Source: Candidatus Aenigmatarchaeota archaeon (GTDB taxonomy: Archaea > Aenigmatarchaeota > Aenigmatarchaeia > Aenigmatarchaeales > JACQIB01). Taken from it: a stretch of DNA of 64,000 nt. Where the stretch lies: contig JAZDNN010000025.1 in the NCBI GenBank assembly GCA_043799675.1, forward strand, positions 1 to 64,000, given 5' to 3'. The notes beneath the pieces were generated by a model. The model did no database searches. It had not been told where the DNA came from and saw only the letters and a list, made by a program, of their open reading frames with translations. The position numbers and the translations under genes were made by a program. How positions within the stretch are numbered: position 1 is the stretch's first letter; each line of letters opens with the position of its first letter. Below, piece by piece: positions 1 to 9,636 of the stretch.

Positions 1-348
1 TGCAAGGTCCGTGAACTCCTCCCCGCCGCACAGTATGTACACCGAATCCAGATTGATTTTCTCCCTCGACAGCATCCGCGCTATCTTCGCCAGCTCCCCG
101 GGCCTGTTCAGCAGCCTGACCTGCAGTATTTCCGATTCGCTCCACGGCAGCTTCGCCTTGGTCAGTACTTTCCTGGTCGTGCCTTCGTCGCTGGTGACCA
201 TCCGTATGTTCTCAACGCCGCTGGTGGATATCGATTTGATGTTCACGGCATCCGCCGCAAGCTGCTCGGTCAGCTCCGCAAGGGCTCCGGGTTTGTTGGG
301 GATGACGATGTCGAATTCTGTCAGTGTTCCTGTAACAACTCTCTTCAA
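1..348 (-). CDS. tandem ACT-domain protein (3' end runs off the window)
   Basis: Manual translation from TTG at 348: ...FDIVIPNKPGALAELTEQLAADAVNIKSI...LLNRPGELAKIARMLSREKINLDSVY, i.e. two ACT N(K/R)PGxL motifs. Not in the ORF track. Confidence 0.75.
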   Translation of the reverse strand, partial: MKRVVTGTLTEFDIVIPNKPGALAELTEQLAADAVNIKSISTSGVENIRMVTSDEGTTRKVLTKAKLPWSESEILQVRLLNRPGELAKIARMLSREKINLDSVYILCGGEEFTDLA

Positions 349-460
349 GAAATCACAAACAAGCTTTGTGTTGAAAGGATAAAAGCGTTAGGCATCAGCC
401 GCCAGCCCGAGGCTGGAATGCATTGATATCGGTCTTTTGCCGTCCAAAGGACGGATGCTT

Positions 461-1375
461 TTAGTCAGGTCTTGCCTTGCGCGCCAGCCTGATGACTTCC
501 CTGCTGCTTTCGAAATCGTGCAGCTCCTTCTCGGGCAGGACCGGAATGCCGCCGAACTCCGTCTCCTGTTTGCCCTCGGTTATCATCACCGCCGGCTTTC
601 TCATGAGCGAAATGAATTTTGACAGTGCCTCTGCCCTCAGCTTTATCCTCCTCTTGTTCGGTTCGACATCGCTTATGACCAGCGTCTTCTTCCTTGCCAG
701 CACATCGAACGGGGCGTTCTTCACGAAGTCGAGGCTGAACCCGAGCCTCCTGAGGTCGGTCCCGACCGCCTTCTCCAGCTTGTCCTTTGGCACGGTCTGT
801 GCCTGTTCGAACCCGTTCCTGCCGAGTTCGATGTCCTTGACTATGGATTTCTTGAGCACCCCTTCCAGCCTTTCCGCGATGCTCAGCATCATCCTGAGCT
901 CCCTCTTCTCATGCTCCCAGATTGCCTTCTTGCTTATACCGACCGCCTCGGCAAGTTCCATCTGCGTGAGCCCCTTGCTGTTCCTTGCCGTTTTCAACGC
1001 AGAACTATCGATTTCAACGTAAAGCCCGCCCTTGTCCCTGTACATGCGCGGCATTATTTCCTGCTCGATGAGCTGCTCAAACGTGTCAAAGCTTACCGTC
1101 GGGATGTCGAACCTTTCGTACACGACCCCTTTTCCCAGTTTCTCCCTGCTGGTCCGTTCCCCCACCAGCAGGGCGGTCGCATCCAGGCTGTTCGCTATGG
1201 TCTTGAGGCTGTCCGCATGCCCCTCGGGCAATGCGTCCACGTTCGTAAGGAGCTTGACGAGCAATGTCCCTTCCTTTCTTGCCGCGATGTCGAAGCAGCC
1301 GTGATACCTGACGGTCGCCCAGCCGTTCTGCTCCAGCAGGTTTTCCGTTCTCTCAATCAGCCCGCCCTTCAGCAT
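461..1375 (-). CDS. archaeal HTH transcriptional regulator (COG1395-like, Cro/C1 HTH)
   Basis: CFDIAARK...LVKLLTNVD, GVVYERFDIP, GGLYVEID, then HTH LTQMELAEAVGISKKAIWEHE and APFDVLA. Start placed at MLKGG. Confidence 0.8.
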   Translation of the reverse strand: MLKGGLIERTENLLEQNGWATVRYHGCFDIAARKEGTLLVKLLTNVDALPEGHADSLKTIANSLDATALLVGERTSREKLGKGVVYERFDIPTVSFDTFEQLIEQEIMPRMYRDKGGLYVEIDSSALKTARNSKGLTQMELAEAVGISKKAIWEHEKRELRMMLSIAERLEGVLKKSIVKDIELGRNGFEQAQTVPKDKLEKAVGTDLRRLGFSLDFVKNAPFDVLARKKTLVISDVEPNKRRIKLRAEALSKFISLMRKPAVMITEGKQETEFGGIPVLPEKELHDFESSREVIRLARKARPD

Positions 1376-1624
1376 AGTGAGGTTTTGACAGGAACCCTTA
1401 AAAGCAAGATAAATCCTTGCGACATGAAATCGGTTGCATGAGGGCGAAAGACAATGCCGCTCCCGGTACAATTACGCTCAAAGAGGCGTACGACAGGTCA
1501 ATAAAAAGCATCGAAGATTACGAGAAGGCGTGGAGGGATTACGGGAAGCGTCGTAATCTGGCTGATGGCACTTCTAGGCCCTGAAAGGCGATTCGTATAA
1601 ATCCTTTTGCCTGAAATCAGAGGC

Positions 1625-1927
1625 ATGCCGTTCGATTGGTATCCTATATTTCGGATTCTTGGGGAAGGCAAGATTCGTGAGGCGGACACGGAGTTTGCGA
1701 AACATTATAATGAGCTTGTTTCCGGGCATGCTGATGAAATGGATATCAGAGAGGAGTGCCTGCTTTACATAATGAAGCGGAACCGGGCCCTTAACAGAAA
1801 GTCTTCAAAGCCCATACCTGAGGATGAAATGTCATTGGAACCGCTTGTCGATAAGGGCGTCGCATACAAGGATGCCGCGGCCATTCTTGACCGGGTGCAG
1901 GTTTACGAACTGCCTGCGAGGAAATAG
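1625..1927 (+). CDS. hypothetical protein
   Basis: ORF with natural composition, preceded by TATAAA at about 1596. Confidence 0.45.
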   Translation: MPFDWYPIFRILGEGKIREADTEFAKHYNELVSGHADEMDIREECLLYIMKRNRALNRKSSKPIPEDEMSLEPLVDKGVAYKDAAAILDRVQVYELPARK

Positions 1928-1961
1928 CTTTCATAAATCTTGGTTGCTGGTAACCGTTTGT

Positions 1962-2156
1962 ATGGTATTGAACAAGAAGATAATGCAGGCCCTCGGCAGG
2001 AACGATCTGAATGCCGCCGATGCGGCGTTCGAGACGTATTACAAGGAACTTGTCGCCCTGAAGAAGGACGAGGAGACCCTGATGAACGTGCGCAGGACTT
2101 ATTCTGCATTGCGTCCGGTCCATTGTCACTCCAACATGCCGGACTGCGTGTATTGA
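1962..2156 (+). CDS. small hypothetical protein
   Basis: MVLNKKIMQALG...HCHSNMPDCVY with host-like codon usage. Confidence 0.4.
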   Translation: MVLNKKIMQALGRNDLNAADAAFETYYKELVALKKDEETLMNVRRTYSALRPVHCHSNMPDCVY

Positions 2157-2209
2157 GCTTTGCCGATTGCCTGCAAGGTTTTTAATACTCCAACCAGTCA
2201 TTCTGGATT

Positions 2210-2381
2210 GGGCGGGTAACTTAGCCCGGTTAGAGTGCCAGTCTTATAATCGCGCGACGGAGCCGGTTTGTTGGCTGCGCTCGGTAGAAACTGGAGGTCG
2301 CAGGTCCGAAGGAGCGAGAAGCGCCAAAAGCGCTTTTGCTGCCGATGCGGCAGTGCTTTGGATTTCCTGCCCCGCCCACCA
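2210..2381 (+). tRNA. tRNA-Ile(UAU) with two introns (37/38: 2249-2288; 59/60: 2311-2364)
   Basis: Acceptor GGGCGGG/CCCGCCC plus ACCA; anticodon arm CCAGT-CT-TAT-A|A-ACTGG; T arm GCAGG-TCCGAA|T-CCTGC; clean BHB at the T-loop intron. Confidence 0.85.
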
Positions 2382-2382
2382 T

Positions 2383-2508
2383 ATGCGGATAAGGCCAGCG
2401 AAGCTTTCTGATGTCGGCAGGATTTATGAAATTGCGAGGGATGAGCTCAGCAGGGAGGAGTGGTTCGACAACGGAAAGGACGCGATGATCTTCTGCAAGG
2501 ACCTTTAG
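2383..2508 (+). pseudogene. internally deleted RimI-like GNAT acetyltransferase remnant
   Basis: 41 aa joining a GNAT N-terminus (MRIRPAKLSDVGRIYEI) directly to a RimI-type C-terminus (WFDNGKDAMIFCKDL), with no acetyl-CoA-binding core. Confidence 0.5.
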
Positions 2509-2942
2509 TGCATCGCCGCAGCTATCTCGTCCCGCATCTTCTTCATCAGCTCGGGTGTAAGCTCCCTCCTGATGCCCGGCCATTTGGATGCTCCCCATGC
2601 ATGGTCGTCGAACCTCTGGCCCGACCACATCCGCGGGACCGCATATCTGGGAATGACGTGCATGTGCACGTGTCTGTCCTCGTTCCCGAGAAACATGTAG
2701 TTGAACAGGTCCGGCTGGAACAGCTCGGTCAGCGCATCATGCAGCTTGTCCATCGCATCCCACAGCTCGAGCCTTTCCTCCTCGCTTGTGTCCATCGGGT
2801 CCTCAATGTGCCCGTTGTGAACTATCAGGCAATAGCCAGGCACGCTCTGGTCATCGCACAGAATTATCGTCCAGAACTTCAGTTTCTTGATTATCGGTGA
2901 ATATGGATTGCAGAGTTTGCAGTCAGGGTGTCTGTTATCCAT
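2505..2942 (-). CDS. HIT family nucleotide hydrolase
   Basis: N-terminal CxxC and histidine triad HVHMHVIPRY. Confidence 0.9.
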   Translation of the reverse strand: MDNRHPDCKLCNPYSPIIKKLKFWTIILCDDQSVPGYCLIVHNGHIEDPMDTSEEERLELWDAMDKLHDALTELFQPDLFNYMFLGNEDRHVHMHVIPRYAVPRMWSGQRFDDHAWGASKWPGIRRELTPELMKKMRDEIAAAMH

Positions 2943-3399
2943 GATAAGCTGTTTCAGCTGTCTCTCTCTTATACTTTGTCCAGCCGTCCGCCAGCCTGCC
3001 GCATATCGCAAGCATCCGCGGCTTGACCCTTTCCATCGTTCCCTTGACGTCCGACAGCCAGTTGGCGGTCTCCTTGTCGCTGAAATCCACGGAAAGTGCA
3101 TTGCTTCTCCAGAGGAGTGCTTGCAGTTGCCTGTAGATGTCCCACAGCTCCTCCTTCTGCACGTCCGTCAGCATCTTCCTCTCGAAGTAGCAGCAGTAGC
3201 TCTCCCCGCCGGCAAGTATCGGCTCGATGGTGCTTCTTGCAAGCACATCCAGCTTTTCGCTCACCGAAGCCCTCACCTGCTCAAGCAGATGGGTGTCTTC
3301 CTCCAGTTTGAGCCTGAAATTCTTGTTCAACCAGTCCCATTCCGGTATGTGCGGATATTTTTCCTTGAACCGGACGAACTTTTCCTTGGGTAGAAGCAT
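2935..3399 (-). CDS. conserved hypothetical protein
   Basis: Helical charged ORF overlapping the HIT gene start. Confidence 0.65.
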   Translation of the reverse strand: MLLPKEKFVRFKEKYPHIPEWDWLNKNFRLKLEEDTHLLEQVRASVSEKLDVLARSTIEPILAGGESYCCYFERKMLTDVQKEELWDIYRQLQALLWRSNALSVDFSDKETANWLSDVKGTMERVKPRMLAICGRLADGWTKYKRETAETAYHG

Positions 3400-3434
3400 G
3401 AACAGTGATGACAAGAAAGATTTAATAAGGCGTC

Positions 3435-3529
3435 TGGTGGGCCGAGCAGGATTCGAACCTGCGACCTTTCGGCGGTTTTTCTAACCTTCACCGTGTCAGG
3501 GTGACGTCATTCCACTAGACCATCGGCCC
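3435..3529 (-). tRNA. tRNA-Val(GAC) with a 20-nt intron at 43/44 (3468-3487)
   Basis: GGGCCGA/TCGGCCC plus ACCA; TCACC-CT-GAC-AC-GGTGA; insert AGGTTAGAAAAACCGCCGAA forms a BHB-like motif. Confidence 0.9.
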
Positions 3530-3572
3530 GAGCAAGTCTGATTGCTGTTCTTAATAAGTCTGTCAGGATTTG

Positions 3573-3676
3573 CTAGAAATGCACGCAGCCGGCTGCGACG
3601 GATGAGCGCACTATCAGTGCGCACAGCCGGCTGCGACGGATGAGCGCACTAGAAGTGCGCACAGCCGGCTGCGACG
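3573..3676. repeat. 38-bp tandem repeat, about 2.7 copies, with internal palindromes
   Basis: Units at 3573-3610, 3611-3648 and 3649-3676 (consensus ctagaagtgcgcacagccggctgcgacggatgagcgca). Confidence 0.9.
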
Positions 3677-3678
3677 AC

Positions 3679-4047
3679 TCAGTGAGCGAAGCTCACGCAG
3701 TTCATGCAATAGGAGGCAATCACAAAGATTGCCGCCAGCAGGAACAGCCAGTAGATTGCCAGCTTCCTCTGATCGATTTTGTCCCCGACCCAGACCGCAA
3801 ACCCTATCCAGGCGGCAAAGAAGAAATCCAGCGGGACCGCCGGATACACGATGAGCCTGAACATGTCCTGCCCGTCCATCCACAGCCCCCACTCCAGCCC
3901 CGAGAAGCAGGCTGTGCTCATCAGCAATGCCATAACGAACAATTGTTTGCTTTTCCTGAAGTTCTGCCTGATTATCTGCCGGAACAGCAGGGCAGCCATC
4001 ACCCCCGCTATGATGGCAAACGAATAGCCGGCAGCCGAAGCTGACAT
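3679..4047 (-). CDS. small membrane protein (about 4 TM)
   Basis: Four hydrophobic segments. Confidence 0.65.
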   Translation of the reverse strand: MSASAAGYSFAIIAGVMAALLFRQIIRQNFRKSKQLFVMALLMSTACFSGLEWGLWMDGQDMFRLIVYPAVPLDFFFAAWIGFAVWVGDKIDQRKLAIYWLFLLAAIFVIASYCMNCVSFAH

Positions 4048-4077
4048 GCTGAATATTGCAGAAGGGGGTTCAAAACC

Positions 4078-5025
4078 TTACTTTCCGAGCGCGGTCACTT
4101 CAACATCCTTCTCGGTGTAGTACCCGTAGTCTGCCACGACCTTTATCGGGAAGTGCTTCGAGGTCGACACGTCGCTCGCCTTGACCTTGTAGTCGCAGGT
4201 TATGGTGGTCGGCTTGCCGCTTATCAGTTCCTGCTCCCCGCCGCAGCCGGTCCCGCTCTGCTCAAGGGCCGTGGTTATTGTGAGGGTCACCTTGTTCAGG
4301 TTCTCGAACTTCAGCGAGGGTGACGGTGTTGACGAGGTTATTATGTTGTTCCCGTATATCGTCCCGCCGCCCACGTTGCTGACGGTAATCTCGAGCGTGG
4401 CAAGCTCGAAGCTGTCGGCATCGGTGCTGTAAAGCGTCACCGGGTCGGGCAGCACCCTTGCGCTGATTGCAACCGGCCCGACGGTGTTGCTGAATGCCGA
4501 GGTCTCCAGCTGGTCGCCCCGTTCCTTGATTGCGCTGGATTCCGCCTCCGTATACGCCACCATCTCTCCGACGGACTTGGTCTCGTAATCATAATACGCC
4601 CTCAGCCTGAACGTGTCGGTCTTCCTTTGCCCCGCATCGAGCTGCGGTGCGGTCAGTTTCCAGGATGTGGACGCCGTTCCGGGCAGGGTGTCCCTCACCG
4701 GGTCCCTCGGAACCAGGTTCTTTATGAACGCAAACGCCTGCGTCTTTCCGCTTTCCAGTTGCCATTGCAGGGATGAACTGGTGCCGGCTGCCACGATCGG
4801 TCCGTCCAGCCACACCAAACTCTTCAACATTTCCACGGTCGACTCCCCGTCGTTCTCGAAGTCGGCCAGGAGCCTGACGGTGCGCCCGCTGTACTGTTCC
4901 GCAACATCGGAAGTGAACGAGGTTATCTCAAGCCCGCTGCCCGTGCCTGTTGGCGTGGGCGGCTGTCCTACGCATCCTGCCGCCAAAAACACGGCCATCA
5001 CTGCGATAAGCGGAAGCTTCTGCAT
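4078..5025 (-). CDS. predicted lipoprotein, paralog family A
   Basis: Lipobox LAAGC-VGQ; motifs YYDYET, GPVAI, VSNVGGG, ADYGYY. Confidence 0.8.
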   Translation of the reverse strand: MQKLPLIAVMAVFLAAGCVGQPPTPTGTGSGLEITSFTSDVAEQYSGRTVRLLADFENDGESTVEMLKSLVWLDGPIVAAGTSSSLQWQLESGKTQAFAFIKNLVPRDPVRDTLPGTASTSWKLTAPQLDAGQRKTDTFRLRAYYDYETKSVGEMVAYTEAESSAIKERGDQLETSAFSNTVGPVAISARVLPDPVTLYSTDADSFELATLEITVSNVGGGTIYGNNIITSSTPSPSLKFENLNKVTLTITTALEQSGTGCGGEQELISGKPTTITCDYKVKASDVSTSKHFPIKVVADYGYYTEKDVEVTALGK

Positions 5026-5055
5026 GCAAACAATCCTGTGGACAGGCATATAAAT

Positions 5056-5967
5056 CTACCTTGCGAGCAGCGGGATGCTCATGCTCCCGTCTATGGCGTA
5101 TCTGTAGGTGGCGAACACGACCAGCGACTTGCTGTCCACCGGCTGGGTCGCTTTTGCGGTGAACGTGCACGTGCTCCTCTTCGCCTCCTTTCGTATGAAA
5201 TCGATGTCCCGGTTGAGGGTCAGTGTCCTGTCGTACGGGTTCCAGGTGTAATCGTCGCACGGCAGCTCCCCGCTCGGCTCCAGGTTCCCGGGAACCTGTA
5301 TTATGACTTGGCCCGGTGTCGCTCCTGAACCCTGGATTTCAACGGGCCCCCCTTCCAGCCTCTCTATCGTTCCGTCCCCGTTGTTTCTGTAGTCTATGTA
5401 CATCTGGTTGACGCTGTTGTCCAGCAGCGGTTGCCCTTCGGACCCCCAGCTGATGCTCAGCACCAGAGGGCTGACGCTCTTCCACGTGTTTTCCTGGATG
5501 TCCTTCAGCGTCCCCGCCTGCCTCCGCAGCATGTATTCGGTGTCCTGCAGCACTGAGACAGACGTTGTCAGGGTGGCGTTGCTGATGTAGCTTGCATTGA
5601 ACCTGACCGGGCAGCTCCTCTCGAATTCGACCTGCGGGGTGTGGTAGGTCAGCTTGAATATTTCGGTGTTGTTCGGCCTGAGCTCGGCTTTGGCGAAGCT
5701 GTCAATCCCGGTGTTTTCGAACACGCACCTGTCGTACACGCTTATGGCGAAGTCCCTCACCATCACGGAAGGCCTCACCAGCAGCTGCCAGTTGAAGTCC
5801 TGGTTCATCCTTGCGAACTCCGGCACCATGGCCGATATTGCGATGTCCTCGACGCCTCCCTTGACCACGTCCAGCGTAAGGACGTTCTGTATGGTGTTGT
5901 CCGTCTGCCCCACGCAGGCACTGGAAAAGACCACGGCAATCAGTATAAGACCGAATTCCTTTCTCAT
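5056..5967 (-). CDS. predicted lipoprotein, paralog family A
   Basis: Lipobox FSSAC-VGQ; motifs SPLVL, RNNGDG, ATYRY. Confidence 0.8.
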   Translation of the reverse strand: MRKEFGLILIAVVFSSACVGQTDNTIQNVLTLDVVKGGVEDIAISAMVPEFARMNQDFNWQLLVRPSVMVRDFAISVYDRCVFENTGIDSFAKAELRPNNTEIFKLTYHTPQVEFERSCPVRFNASYISNATLTTSVSVLQDTEYMLRRQAGTLKDIQENTWKSVSPLVLSISWGSEGQPLLDNSVNQMYIDYRNNGDGTIERLEGGPVEIQGSGATPGQVIIQVPGNLEPSGELPCDDYTWNPYDRTLTLNRDIDFIRKEAKRSTCTFTAKATQPVDSKSLVVFATYRYAIDGSMSIPLLAR

Positions 5968-5987
5968 TCAGACCATCGCACTGCCAA

Positions 5988-6983
5988 TCATGGCGTTATC
6001 GGCACGCTAATTTCCCGGCCGAAATACTCGTACTCGTACGGGAGCCTGGCCTGTATCACGAATTCCTTTTCCAAGCTCACTGCAGGCGCCGTCCACTGGC
6101 AGGTTATCGGGTTTGACGTCCCCTGGAGCACGTCGAACGGCCTGCTGTTGGTGTATGTCTTCGACTTCCCGTCCGCGCTGTCCTTCACATCGAAGAACCC
6201 GCCGCATGCCTGGCCGTCCCCGTTCAAGGCAGGCGTCCAGTCCTTGTCAAGGGTGAAGCTCAGCCTGCCCGTATCCACCTTGCTGAACTCCCCGGTCCCT
6301 TCGTTGGTCACCGTCAGCTCGGCACTCAGCGTCCTGCCGGTCTGTATCGGCATCGCCGACTTCGGCTCGATCATTACCCGTATCGGCCCCGCGCCGACAT
6401 TGAGCGTTCTGGTGTACACCGGTCTCGTCCCGGTCTCCGCTTCCCTGGTCGCCAGCCTGTCCTGGCTTATCGCCTGGATGGTGACCTCGGTCACCGCATC
6501 GAAGCTGTAGTTGACCTTGTACCGTATCGGGCAGGTCGCCGCCAGCCCCGCTATCTGTTCGGTGCTCGGCGCGTCCAGGTCCAGCCTCACCACTTCCTGC
6601 TGTCCGGGTGAGAAATCAATCATCCTCTTCGGCCCCTGCGCGGAAGGTACATCCAGCCCCGCCCAGACGGTCTGCGTCCCCTGTTCGACTATCATGACTG
6701 CGGCATCCTTGCCGTTGATGTTCTTCAGCGTGCACCGTCCCGTGTCGAATATCCATATGCCTACGCTTTTCGCGGTCTTGTCCGCGTCCTGGTTCCTGAC
6801 CGTGAAGCGGGCGGTGAATGCGCTGCTTGCGACCGGTTGCGCCGGTATGGTCGGCTCGTTGGTAGCTACTATCACATCGGCAGTGCCTATGTTCGTCCCG
6901 CCGCCCGTGCTGTCCGTCTGCCCCACGCAGCCTGCAATCAGAACTATCGCGATTATTCCGAGTACGGCGCGGTTCATGCCCAT
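5988..6983 (-). CDS. predicted lipoprotein, paralog family A
   Basis: Lipobox LIAGC-VGQ; motifs GPIRV, TNEGTG, LPYEY. Confidence 0.8.
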   Translation of the reverse strand: MGMNRAVLGIIAIVLIAGCVGQTDSTGGGTNIGTADVIVATNEPTIPAQPVASSAFTARFTVRNQDADKTAKSVGIWIFDTGRCTLKNINGKDAAVMIVEQGTQTVWAGLDVPSAQGPKRMIDFSPGQQEVVRLDLDAPSTEQIAGLAATCPIRYKVNYSFDAVTEVTIQAISQDRLATREAETGTRPVYTRTLNVGAGPIRVMIEPKSAMPIQTGRTLSAELTVTNEGTGEFSKVDTGRLSFTLDKDWTPALNGDGQACGGFFDVKDSADGKSKTYTNSRPFDVLQGTSNPITCQWTAPAVSLEKEFVIQARLPYEYEYFGREISVPITP

Positions 6984-7013
6984 CTTACCCTCACCAGCAA
7001 TATAAATCACCAG

Positions 7014-9596
7014 TTACGGGCACGAGGTCTGTCCCGTGCCCGAGACGAACGTGATCGGTATGTCCTTCTTGACTGTATCCAGTACGTATTTGTAAGTGGC
7101 GCTTCCGGTTATCGCCAGCTGCTTCTGCGGCGCCGAGCCGATATCCAGACTTATCCTGAAGCCGCATGTCTTGTAGTTGTTCGGCTTGGCGGTCTTGGGG
7201 TCGACATCCCTTGCATTGCTTATGCTGCCCACGTCGCAGTACACCGCCTGTGTCCCTTCCGGCGGCGTGCCGCATTTCCCTGCCGTGTCCAGTTTTGCAC
7301 CGCCATTAAACACGGTCGCCTCTGCCGGCACGAAGATGCAGAAATCCACATTCTCCGCCCTTCCGTCCTTTGTGTTGGTCAGGCCCGCCGTGACAATGGT
7401 CTGGGCCCCGCTCTGTATGTATTTCGGCGTCCAGAGCGATGCAGTCAACGGCCCTCCGCTGTACTGGCTGACCACGCCCGCCTGCTGCGCCGCCGCGGTC
7501 GGGTCGAGCAGTATCCTCTTCAGCTCGTCCGCGCTCCTCACGTCGATGGCATACGTCGATTTGACGTTGTACATGTAGCTGGTCCTGAACGTTATTTCCG
7601 GGAACAGCCCGCGGTCGCACACCTGGTCCTTCCCGCAGGTGTTGGTGCCTTCTTGCCCCAGTTTCATTTCGTTGCATTTCCAGTTGATTGTAACCGTTCC
7701 CGCGCCCCTTGCCCCGGGCTTGAACACCCCGTCCCAGACGCATTTGTCCACATCAAGCCTGCCCCCGATGCAGCTGCTGCTGTCAAGGGTGATGGAGCCA
7801 ACCGATACCGGCGTCTTTGACTGCACTCCTTCCACACGGATTACGCTCGGGCCGTTCGGCATCTCCAGCTGGACGTTCTGCGCATCAAATTCTCCTGCAT
7901 TGGTGAACGTGAAGTACAGCGTCGAGTCCATGTACGGGTCGTATTCCTGCGGCCCGGTGATTTCCTCGAACTCGATGCTCTTGTCCGAGCCGACAGGCGC
8001 CGATGTCAGCTTTTCACATTTGAGCTTCTCCTGCGCGCACATGCTGGGCCCGTCGGTTATGCACGAATAGCTCGCCGCTGCCTCGCAGCTCCCTCTTGCC
8101 GCGGCATCATTGAGGGGCCCGAATATCGAATCCATTCCCGCCCCTACGTATCCCCAATATTGTCCGAACACGGCCGTGCCGACGGTGTCCGAGTAGGCGG
8201 CGCTGAACGAGAACACCGCGAAAATCATCATCACGCTGCCGATGTACGGCCTGCTGGTCCTTCCGCCCGTGACTCCGGTGACGATTGAAATCAGCCATAT
8301 CAGCGCAAGGGTGAGCTGTATCTGACCCGAACCCGCCATCCAGCTCCCTATCATCGGTATGCCGCCGAGCATCATGAATGAGATGAATATCGCCGTCCCG
8401 AAGTCCTCCCATCTCATCTGCTTCTGCCTGTCATCCAGGAATTTCCCTATCTTGCCGGTCCCGGTCACGCTTATCTTGATTTCCGTCCTCTTCTCGAACT
8501 CCTCCTTGCTCTCCCTGCCCGGAGTCACCGCATAGAAGGCCAGGGCGAAGAACATCAGGGACAGCTGGGGTTCGTTCACCGATACGAGCCATCCCATCGA
8601 TGTCACACCTACTACCAGCCCGATGGTCAGTATCCATTTCAACGTGGTGTTCTTCTCCAACGTGACATTGATGATTAACAGGAGCGCGAAAAGAATCGCG
8701 ATGAATGCTCCAGTGGTTGTGAACAGCGTATTAGTGAAGACCGTCGTTGCGTTCGGGCTCAGGAACGTGACCAGCAGGTAGGCGATGGTGACCCCTATTC
8801 CCGTTCTCAACCAGGCGGTCGCCGCCTTGTACGGCTGGTCTTGTTTGTAGCTCCCGGGCATCTTGAAGTACATTACGAACGCGAACACGAGCGCGACCAG
8901 CAGGCTGAGCCTCGAAAGGTCCAGCATCGCCAGAATGATTGCAAAGACCTCCACTACCGCCCTCGCATACAGCGGCCCGTAATGCTCGCCGGTGATTTCC
9001 AATTGCACGGCTTTGACGATGTGACCTTTCTCGCCCCTTTCTTGGCCCGGACATTCCGGCTTTTTACCGTTGTAGCGGGGGTTGCACTTTCCGCACTCGT
9101 AAATCGTGCTTTCGTCCATCATTTTTTTCTTAATGTCGTACTCGGTCGGGAACAGGTACAGGGCGCCCCACAGGACGAAAGCGACGCCGAGATAGGTCGC
9201 GGTTATCGCCGGTATCCCGAGCGCCGGTATCGCCGGCGTGCCTATCATGAACAGGCCGCCGATGAGCATCAGTACCATCAGCGGGAGCACACGGTTCTTG
9301 ATGTCTTTCCCAAAACCGTATTTGCTGATTAAATCTGACAGTGTCTTTTTTTCGGGTTTTTTTGGTTCCTCCGGTTCTTCTGCCGCAGGTTCGGCTACAG
9401 GAACCGGTTCATGCCGTTCCTCAAGCAATCGTTCCGCCTTCGTTGGCGGCGGATTAGGATTATAACGCCCCTCGAGTAACTCTTCTTCTTTGGTAGGCTT
9501 TAATTTTTTCTTGACTTTTCTGGTTCGTTTCGGTAGGCCCAGCCCTTCTCCTTCAGGTGGATATTCGTCCCCTTCGTGCTGAGGTCCTCCAGCCAT
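7014..9596 (-). CDS. large multi-pass membrane protein with a C-terminal family-A extracellular domain
   Basis: Roughly 10 or more hydrophobic segments, then a Cys-rich beta domain with YMYNV, GPLTA, TNTKDG, ATYKY. Confidence 0.8.
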   Translation of the reverse strand: MAGGPQHEGDEYPPEGEGLGLPKRTRKVKKKLKPTKEEELLEGRYNPNPPPTKAERLLEERHEPVPVAEPAAEEPEEPKKPEKKTLSDLISKYGFGKDIKNRVLPLMVLMLIGGLFMIGTPAIPALGIPAITATYLGVAFVLWGALYLFPTEYDIKKKMMDESTIYECGKCNPRYNGKKPECPGQERGEKGHIVKAVQLEITGEHYGPLYARAVVEVFAIILAMLDLSRLSLLVALVFAFVMYFKMPGSYKQDQPYKAATAWLRTGIGVTIAYLLVTFLSPNATTVFTNTLFTTTGAFIAILFALLLIINVTLEKNTTLKWILTIGLVVGVTSMGWLVSVNEPQLSLMFFALAFYAVTPGRESKEEFEKRTEIKISVTGTGKIGKFLDDRQKQMRWEDFGTAIFISFMMLGGIPMIGSWMAGSGQIQLTLALIWLISIVTGVTGGRTSRPYIGSVMMIFAVFSFSAAYSDTVGTAVFGQYWGYVGAGMDSIFGPLNDAAARGSCEAAASYSCITDGPSMCAQEKLKCEKLTSAPVGSDKSIEFEEITGPQEYDPYMDSTLYFTFTNAGEFDAQNVQLEMPNGPSVIRVEGVQSKTPVSVGSITLDSSSCIGGRLDVDKCVWDGVFKPGARGAGTVTINWKCNEMKLGQEGTNTCGKDQVCDRGLFPEITFRTSYMYNVKSTYAIDVRSADELKRILLDPTAAAQQAGVVSQYSGGPLTASLWTPKYIQSGAQTIVTAGLTNTKDGRAENVDFCIFVPAEATVFNGGAKLDTAGKCGTPPEGTQAVYCDVGSISNARDVDPKTAKPNNYKTCGFRISLDIGSAPQKQLAITGSATYKYVLDTVKKDIPITFVSGTGQTSCP

Positions 9597-9636
9597 TCAA
9601 ATCGTTCTAAATTCGGCAGGTTGGCATTTAAGCTTT

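Noticed and set aside
3573..3676. Possible mini CRISPR array
   Set aside because: The units are contiguous tandem copies with no unique spacers, and no cas genes are adjacent.
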